A stretch of 28,409 bases of DNA, taken from the NCBI GenBank assembly GCA_026391215.1, contig JAPLDX010000109.1, positions 1 to 28,409 of the forward strand, in the 5' to 3' direction. A program made the position numbers and the translations under genes. This document shows positions 18,277 to 26,082 of the stretch, in pieces. Under the pieces are notes generated by a model. The model was given only the letters and a program-made list of their open reading frames with translations. It did no database searches and was not told the DNA's origin. Origin of the DNA: Bacteroidia bacterium (GTDB taxonomy: Bacteria; Bacteroidota; Bacteroidia; Bacteroidales; VadinHA17). Position 1 is the stretch's first letter. The number at the start of each line of letters is the position of its first letter.

Positions 18277-20661
18277 ATGGCTGATTTTATAATAAAATAT
18301 CGCTGGCTCATCATCATTTTTTGTGCGGTTCTGGGAATCTCACTGGGTTCTCTGATTCCACTTTCGGAAACTGATCCGGAAATAAGGAATTATATCCCCT
18401 CGTCAATGCCTTCAAAGATTGAAACCGATAAGATTGAAAAGGAATTCGGAGTGCAGGATATGGTCGTGTTGATTTTCAAAGACTCTACGATACTGACGGC
18501 TGAAAACCTGAAAGAGATTAAAGCTGCAGACCGAGAGATTTCCAAGCTGACAGGTGTTACAAGCCGTACATCTCCTTTTACAGTACGGAAGATAACAAGC
18601 TCGGAGGGAATGATGGTGGCTGATCCAATGATACAGAGAATACCATCAGACTCAGCAGGCTTTGCTGAGCTCAGGGAAGAAATCCTGAACAACAAGTTTG
18701 CCCGTGATATTGTCATTTCATCGGATATGACTTCAGCTTGCATTACAGCAACGATAAACAGTTCTGAAGTTGAGGATGTCACTTTGCAAGAGATTGACTC
18801 GATATTGAGTGTCCATTCAGGTTCAGCAAAAATATTAACAGGCGGACTTCCTTATGTCAGGCATCATCTAATGAAGGATGTGCGTAAAGATGCGGTTTTT
18901 CTGGCACCGCTTGCACTGGTGATTATGCTGATAGTATTGAAATTAAGCCTTGGTGAATGGAAAAGTGTTCTGATGCCTTTCAGCGTGGTGGTGCTTTCAA
19001 CAGCTGCATGCATGGGAATGATTCCTCTGCTTGGATGGAAATTGTCGATAATAACCCTGCTGGTTCCGATCATACTTGTCGCTGTTGCCAACAATTATGG
19101 AATTTACCTGGCTGCCAGATATCAGGAGATAAGCATTAAGGGAGGCTCTGATTCACGGAAAGGTATTATCAGGGAGCTATTAGGCTCACTGAATATGCCT
19201 ATTCTGTTCAGCGGACTGACAACCATTGCGGGAATACTGGGATTACTGACGCATTCTATAATACCAGCCAGGCAGGTTGGCATCCTTTCTGCAACAGGCG
19301 TATCAGTAGCACTGGCAATGAGCCTTCTTTTAATACCTGCACTTATTTATCTGCAGGGAAAAGAGAGCAATGTCCCAAAACCCGTCAAAATAAGGACAGG
19401 CAGATTTGACAAGTTCTTAAAATCACTGGCAGAGCTGATCATAAAGCATCCAGGAAAAATAATAGCCGGATTTGTTATAGTTACAATAGTTATTGCTACC
19501 GGAATGACACTTCTGAAGATAGAAACCAACCAGGAAAAGTACTTTTCGAAGAAACATCCCGTCCGTATGGCCTCAGAAGTAATTAACAGCGAGTTTGGAG
19601 GTTCGCAGACTGTTTCTGTGATGATATCAGGAGATATTAAAGACCCTGCAGTAATGAAGGGAATCGACGTGCTGACAAACCAGGTTGAAGGGATTGAAGG
19701 TGTAGGCCAGGTATTCTCCATTTCACAGGCTGTCAGGGAGATGAGTAAGGCTATATTCAGTCCCGAAGAAAGCGGTTACGATCAAATTCCCGGATCAAGA
19801 GAAGCTATAGCGCAGATGTTTGAACTTTATAATATGAGTGGTGATGCAAATGATTTTAGTCAGGTGATGAACCTTGAAAACACGAAAGCTCATATTCTGA
19901 TCCGGCTCTCAAATCCTGAGAATAGTGTAATAAAGAACGTCAAGTCAACAATATCAGAGCTGACAAAAGATTTTCCAGCCGAAATAACTATTGGAGGTTA
20001 TGCAATGATTATGATCGATTTTGCCTCTTCCATTATTAAAGGACAGGTGTCGTCGCTGTTGTTTGCCCTGGTTACCGTATTGATACTGTTGACCATAGTC
20101 TTCAGATCATTTAAAGGAGGAATGGTCGGCTCCATCCCGCTTGCGGCTTCAATAATCATCGTTTTCGGATTTATGGGATTTACTGGTATAGCCCTCGATG
20201 CTGCTACTGCCCTCCTCTCATCAATCATGATCGGTGTGGGAGTCGATTTCACAATACAATATATATGGTGTTTTAATATCCAGATAAAGAAAGGATTGTC
20301 ATATGAAGAATCCACAAGAACAGCTATTGGAACTATTGGCAGGAGCATAATAATAAATGCATGCAGCGTCATGGCCGGATTCTCAGCTTTAATGCTGTCA
20401 GGATTCACGTCAATACGATTTTTCGGTTACCTGGTGATAATTTCCATAGGATCGTGCCTGGCGGGTGCGTTATTACTAATACCCGCAATCCTGATAAGAT
20501 TCAGGCCTGGCTTTGTTGAAAAAGACATGAGTAGTAAAAGAAACAAGATAAAAAAAACAAAAAACAAAAAAGATGAAAAAGCAAGTATTCCTATTGGCGT
20601 TACTTCTGCCGCTTTTGCAGGCATCGGCTCAGCAGCCGGACGCAGGACAGATAATGAATAA
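18277..20661 (+). CDS. MMPL/RND family exporter (YdfJ/HAE3-like)
   Basis: Two-fold repeat of 1 TM + periplasmic domain + 5 TM; TM4 'VAVANNYGIY', TM10 'IGVGVDFTIQY', 'SGLTTIAG', 'GRSIIINA..AGF'. Confidence 0.9.
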   Translation: MADFIIKYRWLIIIFCAVLGISLGSLIPLSETDPEIRNYIPSSMPSKIETDKIEKEFGVQDMVVLIFKDSTILTAENLKEIKAADREISKLTGVTSRTSPFTVRKITSSEGMMVADPMIQRIPSDSAGFAELREEILNNKFARDIVISSDMTSACITATINSSEVEDVTLQEIDSILSVHSGSAKILTGGLPYVRHHLMKDVRKDAVFLAPLALVIMLIVLKLSLGEWKSVLMPFSVVVLSTAACMGMIPLLGWKLSIITLLVPIILVAVANNYGIYLAARYQEISIKGGSDSRKGIIRELLGSLNMPILFSGLTTIAGILGLLTHSIIPARQVGILSATGVSVALAMSLLLIPALIYLQGKESNVPKPVKIRTGRFDKFLKSLAELIIKHPGKIIAGFVIVTIVIATGMTLLKIETNQEKYFSKKHPVRMASEVINSEFGGSQTVSVMISGDIKDPAVMKGIDVLTNQVEGIEGVGQVFSISQAVREMSKAIFSPEESGYDQIPGSREAIAQMFELYNMSGDANDFSQVMNLENTKAHILIRLSNPENSVIKNVKSTISELTKDFPAEITIGGYAMIMIDFASSIIKGQVSSLLFALVTVLILLTIVFRSFKGGMVGSIPLAASIIIVFGFMGFTGIALDAATALLSSIMIGVGVDFTIQYIWCFNIQIKKGLSYEESTRTAIGTIGRSIIINACSVMAGFSALMLSGFTSIRFFGYLVIISIGSCLAGALLLIPAILIRFRPGFVEKDMSSKRNKIKKTKNKKDEKASIPIGVTSAAFAGIGSAAGRRTDNE

Positions 20662-21343
20662 AACCCGTGATCTGAGTATTATCAGTTCAATGAGTGCCAC
20701 GATTAACCTCTCTATCACAGAGAAAAACGGAGCATCCAGGAACAGGACCATCTCAATGACTTCAAAAAGCTTCCAGGATGGTCTGGAGAAGAGGTTCATC
20801 AAGTTTCTTGAGCCTGCGGATGTCAGAGGCACATCAATGCTTGTGGTGGATAACAAGAACATTGCTGATGAAATGTGGATATACCTCCCGGCACTTAAAA
20901 AGACGCGCCGCATAGTCTCATCCGAAAAAGGGAAGAGCTTTATGAGCTCTGAATTCTCCAATGCAGATATGAGTTCACCTCCCCTCGCCGATTTTGAAAA
21001 CCGGCATTTAACCGGATCAGGAACTAACAACCAGTGGATCATTGAAAGTGTTCCCATTGATGAAGATAAAGCAGATGAATACGGTTACTCGAAGAAGATC
21101 AGTTATGTGAGCATGGACAAGTACCAGGTGAAGAAGATGGAATTCTATAATTTTGATGATGAGCTGTTTAAAATAATAGAGATCAAAAGCATCCAGCCAA
21201 TGGCTGACGGAAAGTACATGATAAAGAATATGATAGCAAGTAACCTTGTTACCAGCAGGAAATCAGAAATACTCTTCAGTAAGATTGATGAACAGATAAA
21301 AGTGGACGATACATTCTTTACCGTCCAAAACCTTGAAAGATAA
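20573..21343 (+). CDS. Outer-membrane lipoprotein-sorting (LolA-like) periplasmic protein
   Basis: Signal peptide; FLEPADVRGTSML, MWIYLPALKKTRRI, SFMSSEFSNADM and C-terminal FTVQNL are typical of the LolA_like family found beside MMPL genes. Confidence 0.88.
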   Translation: MKKQVFLLALLLPLLQASAQQPDAGQIMNKTRDLSIISSMSATINLSITEKNGASRNRTISMTSKSFQDGLEKRFIKFLEPADVRGTSMLVVDNKNIADEMWIYLPALKKTRRIVSSEKGKSFMSSEFSNADMSSPPLADFENRHLTGSGTNNQWIIESVPIDEDKADEYGYSKKISYVSMDKYQVKKMEFYNFDDELFKIIEIKSIQPMADGKYMIKNMIASNLVTSRKSEILFSKIDEQIKVDDTFFTVQNLER

Positions 21344-21345
21344 AC

Positions 21346-21389
21346 ACCGGTTGCTTTGCCAGCAGTAACTTCCGTTAAGGCTGGCCGGT
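21346..21389 (+). terminator. Hairpin after the transport operon
   Basis: GCCAGC-AG-TAAC-TTCC-GTTA-AG-GCTGGC (21358-21385) with outer ACCG/CGGT; no clear U-tract. Confidence 0.35.
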
Positions 21390-21413
21390 AGCCGTTTGTT
21401 CGTATAAGTTTCA

Positions 21414-21421
21414 TACATTTG
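21414..21421 (+). promoter_or_regulatory. -7 element for mnmE
   Basis: TACATTTG 21 nt before the ATG. Confidence 0.65.
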
Positions 21422-21442
21422 TCTAAAGACAGATGTTGAAAT

Positions 21443-22846
21443 ATGTTTAGGACAGACGAGACGATCTGTGCTCCTGCAACATCAGGAGGAGGCGCAATAG
21501 CAATCATAAGGATCAGCGGTTCGCAAAGTATCAGTATTTGCAACAAGATATTCTTTCCCTCCGAAATAAAGATAAAACTCTCTGAACAAAGAGGTTATTC
21601 TATTGTATATGGTGAAATACGTTCTGGCGAAGAGATCATTGATGATGTACTTATAAGCATTTTCAGGGCTCCTCACTCCTACACCGGCGAAGATTCCATT
21701 GAAATATCCTGTCACGCTTCAAAATATATACAGCAGAACATTCTTGAGCTGTTGATTAATAATGGAGCAGTTCCGGCACAGCCAGGCGAATTCACACAAC
21801 GGGCTTTTCTGAACGGAAAGATGGACCTGTCACAGGCTGAAGCTGTTGCTGACCTGATCTCTTCTGAATCGAAAATGGCTCACAGATTAGCAATTAGCCA
21901 GATGCGGGGAGAATTCTCAGATGAGATAAGAATTCTGAGAGCTGACCTTTTGCATTTCGCATCCTTGATTGAACTTGAGCTGGATTTTGGAGAAGAGGAT
22001 GTTGAATTTGCCGACAGGAAGAAGCTGATTGAGCTGGTTTCAAAAGTTTTGTCAGTAACAGAAGAATTAACTTCTTCTTTCAGTATAGGCAATGCTGTTA
22101 AGTATGGTGTACCTGTGGCAATTGTGGGGAATCCGAATACAGGTAAATCAACACTTCTGAACCGCCTGTTAAAGGAGGAAAAAGCAATAGTTTCTGAGAT
22201 ACCGGGAACGACCAGGGATGCCATAGAGGATACTGCGATATTAAATGGAATTCAATACAGATTTACAGATACTGCAGGGCTTAGGGATACTAGTGATATC
22301 GTTGAAAACCTTGGAATACAGAAGACACTTGAAAAGATAGAAGCTGCCATTATTATACTGCTGGTTGCTGATGTGAATGATGGATATCCTGCGTTAAATG
22401 AGGCGCTGACCAAGGTTCGTAATATGATAACAGGTAAAGAAAAGAAGCTCATAATACTGGTAAATAAATCGGATTTTGATTTGCATGGAAAGCGAAATGA
22501 AATCCTGGATAGTCTGATCTTAAAACAGGATGAAATCCTTCTGTTCATTTCTGCAAAAACCGGAGATGGCATTGATAAGCTAAAGGAAAAAATATGTGAA
22601 GTAATGGATAATAAGAAGCTTTCTTCCGAAAGTGTAATAATCACTAATATAAGACATTATAAAGCTTTATCTCAAGTAAAGGAGAGTCTGTTGAGAGTAA
22701 AAGAAGGACTTCAGAATAATTTGCAGGAAGATCTCATTGCAATTGATATCAGGCAGGCTATACATTACCTGGGTGAGATAACCGGCGAGATAACCACCGA
22801 TGAGATACTTGGGAATATATTCAGGAATTTTTGTATTGGCAAATAA
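21443..22846 (+). CDS. mnmE: tRNA modification GTPase MnmE (TrmE)
   Basis: PHSYTGED, PGEFTQRAFLNGKMDLSQAE, GNPNTGKS, GTTRD, DTAGLR, NKSD, C-terminal FCIGK. Confidence 0.98.
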   Translation: MFRTDETICAPATSGGGAIAIIRISGSQSISICNKIFFPSEIKIKLSEQRGYSIVYGEIRSGEEIIDDVLISIFRAPHSYTGEDSIEISCHASKYIQQNILELLINNGAVPAQPGEFTQRAFLNGKMDLSQAEAVADLISSESKMAHRLAISQMRGEFSDEIRILRADLLHFASLIELELDFGEEDVEFADRKKLIELVSKVLSVTEELTSSFSIGNAVKYGVPVAIVGNPNTGKSTLLNRLLKEEKAIVSEIPGTTRDAIEDTAILNGIQYRFTDTAGLRDTSDIVENLGIQKTLEKIEAAIIILLVADVNDGYPALNEALTKVRNMITGKEKKLIILVNKSDFDLHGKRNEILDSLILKQDEILLFISAKTGDGIDKLKEKICEVMDNKKLSSESVIITNIRHYKALSQVKESLLRVKEGLQNNLQEDLIAIDIRQAIHYLGEITGEITTDEILGNIFRNFCIGK

Positions 22847-22863
22847 ATCCCCTCAAAACAAAT

Positions 22864-22893
22864 CACTAAATAACTACTAAGAACGCCACTAAA
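22864..22893 (+). repeat. Three (C/T)ACTAA direct repeats, probable integrase arm-type sites in attL
   Basis: ACTAA at 22865, 22876 and 22888 (11-12 bp period), starting 17 nt after the mnmE stop. Confidence 0.5.
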
Positions 22894-22960
22894 AGTGCTG
22901 TATCTGATGTTTTTATTACTTTCCAAAGTTAATATGTTTATTTGAATTGTTTATACATTT

Positions 22961-23009
22961 TTTGATATATTTTGTACCTTTTTTGTATCTTTGTCTCCGA
23001 GGTACAAAA
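22961..23009 (+). promoter_or_regulatory. xis-int promoter with flanking inverted repeat
   Basis: TTTG (22961-22964), 21-nt spacer, TATCTTTG (22986-22993); TTTTGTACCT (22970-22979) and AGGTACAAAA (23000-23009) form a perfect inverted repeat. Confidence 0.7.
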
Positions 23010-23092
23010 AATGAGGACTTCAGATAAAATAAGTTTGCACTCTTTTGCATTTTGTTGCACGTAAATATAGATAAATGTATTAAAACAGGGGA

Positions 23093-23446
23093 ATGAGCTC
23101 TAACATCAGGATAGAAAAAACGTGTGAATACTGTTCCCGGACCTTTATAGCGAAAACAACGACTACTCAATATTGTAGTGATGATTGTGCAAAACGGGCT
23201 TATAAGGCAAGGATCCGGGAAGAAAAAATACTTAAATCAAAGCATTCAGCATATATAAAGAAAGTTGCTCCTATTCAGGAACTCCAGACTAAGGAGTTTT
23301 TAACTGTCCGGGAAGCAGCTGCATTGATCAGCTGTTCGGTCCGGTCCATGTATTATTATATTGAAAGCGGACAAATTAAAGCTGCAAATCCTTCCTCCAG
23401 GATGACAAGGATCCGGAGATCCGAAATTGACAGGTTATTCACTTAA
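23093..23446 (+). CDS. Excisionase-like HTH_17 protein with N-terminal 4-Cys zinc ribbon
   Basis: CEYC...YCSDDC, then FLTVREAAALISCSVRSMYYYIESGQI...TRIRRSEID; 9 nt upstream of the integrase. Confidence 0.85.
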   Translation: MSSNIRIEKTCEYCSRTFIAKTTTTQYCSDDCAKRAYKARIREEKILKSKHSAYIKKVAPIQELQTKEFLTVREAAALISCSVRSMYYYIESGQIKAANPSSRMTRIRRSEIDRLFT

Positions 23447-23455
23447 ATATAAACA

Positions 23456-24667
23456 ATGGCATCTAAGGTAACATTACGACAAAAGGAACTGAAAGGAAAC
23501 AAGCTCAGCTTGTACCTGGACTTCTGGCCCCCTATCGCGAATCTTGAATCAGGTAAAAAGACCAGGCGGGAGTTTCTGAACAAATATATCTATGCTCCGA
23601 TAAGATACAAAGAGAAACGAACACGGGCCGGGAAAACCCTTATTCCGATTTACAGTAATGAGAAAACAGTAAATGAAGAGCTTACACTTCACAATGAAAA
23701 TGAATTGCGCACCGCTGAAGAAATAAGGCGACAATGGGAAAACAAGTTAAGCAAACCTGAAATTTATAATTCCTTTGAAATTGAACAGCTGAAAAAAATA
23801 CGGATGGGTAAACAGGATTTTGTAACGTATTTCATGGAACTGGCTGAAAAACGGACCGGCCAGAATCATGACAGCTGGATAGCAGCTTCAAAGTACCTGG
23901 AGAGATTCACGGCCGGTAATCTGAAATTTGCAGACATAAATGAGAAACTTTGTAACGACTTCCGGGAATTCCTGCTTACTGCAAAAAGCAACAAGAGCAT
24001 TAAAACTACACTTTCGAATAATTCGGCTGCATCCTATTATAACAAATTTAAAGCCACTTTAAGGCAGGCTTACCGTGAAGGATACCTGACCTTAGATCTC
24101 AATCAGAACGTTAAAGGGATTAAAGAACACGTGCCTCAGAAGAGTTTTTTAACCATTGAAGAGCTTAACAAGCTTGTTAAAACCAATTGTAACAATCCCC
24201 TTCTTAAAAAAGCGGCTCTCTTTTCAGCGCTTACCGGGTTGCGGTTTTCCGATATACAAAAGTTGAAATGGAAAGAGATCCAGCATAGTGGGGAACATGG
24301 ATACTATATTTCGTTCATTCAGAAGAAAACCAGGGATCCGGAAGAAATGCTGAATATTCCTGATCAGGCTTTCGGGTTGCTGGGAGATCCCAGGGATCCT
24401 GAAGCGAATGTTTTCGATGGACTTACTTATTCAGCATACTCAAATAAGCACTTGTATCAGTGGATCGGAGCTGCAGGCATAACAAAGGATATAACGTTTC
24501 ATTCATTCCGTCACACTTTTGCGACCCTGCAGCTGGCCATGGGAACTGATATATACACGGTGTCGAATCTTCTTGGTCATAAAAGCCTTAAGACAACTCA
24601 GATCTATGCCAGGATAATTAACAAGACAAAGCGTGAAGCTGCCGGCAGAATAAAACTGGACCTCTAA
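23456..24667 (+). CDS. Tyrosine recombinase/integrase (Bacteroidota arm-binding + SAM-like + catalytic domains)
   Basis: SLYLDF N-terminus; intact catalytic set TGLRFSD (R), QKKT (K), HSFRH (H-x-x-R), LLGH, TQIY (Y). Confidence 0.96.
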   Translation: MASKVTLRQKELKGNKLSLYLDFWPPIANLESGKKTRREFLNKYIYAPIRYKEKRTRAGKTLIPIYSNEKTVNEELTLHNENELRTAEEIRRQWENKLSKPEIYNSFEIEQLKKIRMGKQDFVTYFMELAEKRTGQNHDSWIAASKYLERFTAGNLKFADINEKLCNDFREFLLTAKSNKSIKTTLSNNSAASYYNKFKATLRQAYREGYLTLDLNQNVKGIKEHVPQKSFLTIEELNKLVKTNCNNPLLKKAALFSALTGLRFSDIQKLKWKEIQHSGEHGYYISFIQKKTRDPEEMLNIPDQAFGLLGDPRDPEANVFDGLTYSAYSNKHLYQWIGAAGITKDITFHSFRHTFATLQLAMGTDIYTVSNLLGHKSLKTTQIYARIINKTKREAAGRIKLDL

Positions 24668-24718
24668 TTTTCATCTTCATAAACATTGGCATTCCAGGAA
24701 ACTTAATTCTTTTTTATT

Positions 24719-25504
24719 ATGGCAAATATTTTGGATAAATCAAGCGTAAGAGAAATCTATATCAAGATATTGGAAGTGCCCTCTTCCATTGATGTTTTAA
24801 GCACCTATGAACGCGATGAAGTGCTCGGGTTTGCAAAAGACATAAAAAAAAGTCGTGAGAAAGGTGTTTATGATTTATTTAACCAGGCTCCACAATATAT
24901 AGAGTTAAAGAAAGATAAATTAATCTCAGAAGGAATAAAGGAAGAAAACTTATTTGAATATCTTTTGAATGAAGACTCATTGTACTCGCAGGCTTCTATT
25001 GTCGTCAAAAACATTGAATTTTATAAGAACAAAGAATTGAGGACACGTATTAGTAAAAAGGATAGCGAACTTAAATTACTGGATTTGGCAAATCCGGAAA
25101 ATAAGACCTCCAAGGTCAAAAGAACCCCCAGACTAGAAAGAAACATCAGCATTAATACGTTCAAAGAAATGTTTGAAAAAATAACATGGGAACCCGTATA
25201 TTTTGATGCTCTCATAGAGATTGACCTTATCAAGAAAATCCCAAAAGGTTCTGATAAGTTTGAATATGAATATATGGGACCTAATCAAAGCAGATTTTGG
25301 ACAGTTAAAAAGATTTTTGTCATAAAAGATATAATAAAGAAGGGTGTTGCTATGAGACTCTTTGCCGAACTTCTAAAAACAAAAATTAAGGGTATAGAAA
25401 ACATGTCTTATACCGCATTTGGTAAGTGTTCAAAAGATCCTGATGAGCAGTATATTAATAAAAAGATTGAAAAATTTCTTTCCGTTTCCCTGACCGCACA
25501 ATAA
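24719..25504 (+). CDS. Hypothetical protein (Lys/Glu-rich), possibly an element-encoded regulator
   Basis: 261-aa AT-rich ORF between int and the HTH gene; no motif recognised. Confidence 0.6.
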   Translation: MANILDKSSVREIYIKILEVPSSIDVLSTYERDEVLGFAKDIKKSREKGVYDLFNQAPQYIELKKDKLISEGIKEENLFEYLLNEDSLYSQASIVVKNIEFYKNKELRTRISKKDSELKLLDLANPENKTSKVKRTPRLERNISINTFKEMFEKITWEPVYFDALIEIDLIKKIPKGSDKFEYEYMGPNQSRFWTVKKIFVIKDIIKKGVAMRLFAELLKTKIKGIENMSYTAFGKCSKDPDEQYINKKIEKFLSVSLTAQ

Positions 25505-25607
25505 AGGCACATTCAATATTTATTCTACATGTAGAACATATGTAGAACTAAACACTTGATAATTATTAAGATATAGAGGAATTTTGTCCATGTTATGAAA
25601 ATATATC

Positions 25608-25958
25608 ATGGATAGAACAGTACTCATTTCCCTTTCCATTCCGGAACTACAGTCAATAATTATCGATAGCGTTGACGCCTGCCTGAAAAAAAGGCTCCCG
25701 CAAATTCCTGAAAATAATATAGATACTGACCGTTGGATGGATATCGATGAGCTCCGCTCCTATCATCCGGACAAACCCTCACGGGCCACGGTCTATGCCT
25801 GGACCCATAACGGTCTGATTCCTTATCACCGGTCCGGGAAAAAACTCCGCTTCTTTAAGTCCGAAATTGACACCTGGTTGCTGCAGGGCAAAAGGAAATC
25901 TGTTTTAGAAATACATAACGAAGCTGCAAATCATATTAAAAGTAAGACCTATGAGTAA
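25608..25958 (+). CDS. HTH_17 (excisionase/AlpA-like) DNA-binding protein
   Basis: WMDIDELRSYHPDKPSRATVYAWTHNGLIPYHRSGKKLRFFKSEIDTWL, typical of Bacteroidota element HTH proteins. Confidence 0.9.
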   Translation: MDRTVLISLSIPELQSIIIDSVDACLKKRLPQIPENNIDTDRWMDIDELRSYHPDKPSRATVYAWTHNGLIPYHRSGKKLRFFKSEIDTWLLQGKRKSVLEIHNEAANHIKSKTYE

Positions 25959-26082
25959 TTCTTATTGGATTCTATAACCCGGACAAAATATAGAAAAACC
26001 TGACTTCAAATAAAAACTAACCCGAACCTATTGAAAACCAAAGAAGAAGAATGAATGAAACTAAAACTTTAATACACGGTCA

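Noticed and set aside
1320-22644. Many short ORF-track entries antisense to or overlapping core genes (e.g. 5684-6247, 8899-9360, 10826-11290, 14961-15359, 19998-20408)
   Set aside because: Shadow ORFs of well-conserved genes, with no motifs or independent expression signals.
22916-23170. 84-aa minus-strand ORF upstream of xis as a possible divergent repressor
   Set aside because: Overlaps xis and the promoter/att repeats, and has no HTH pattern.
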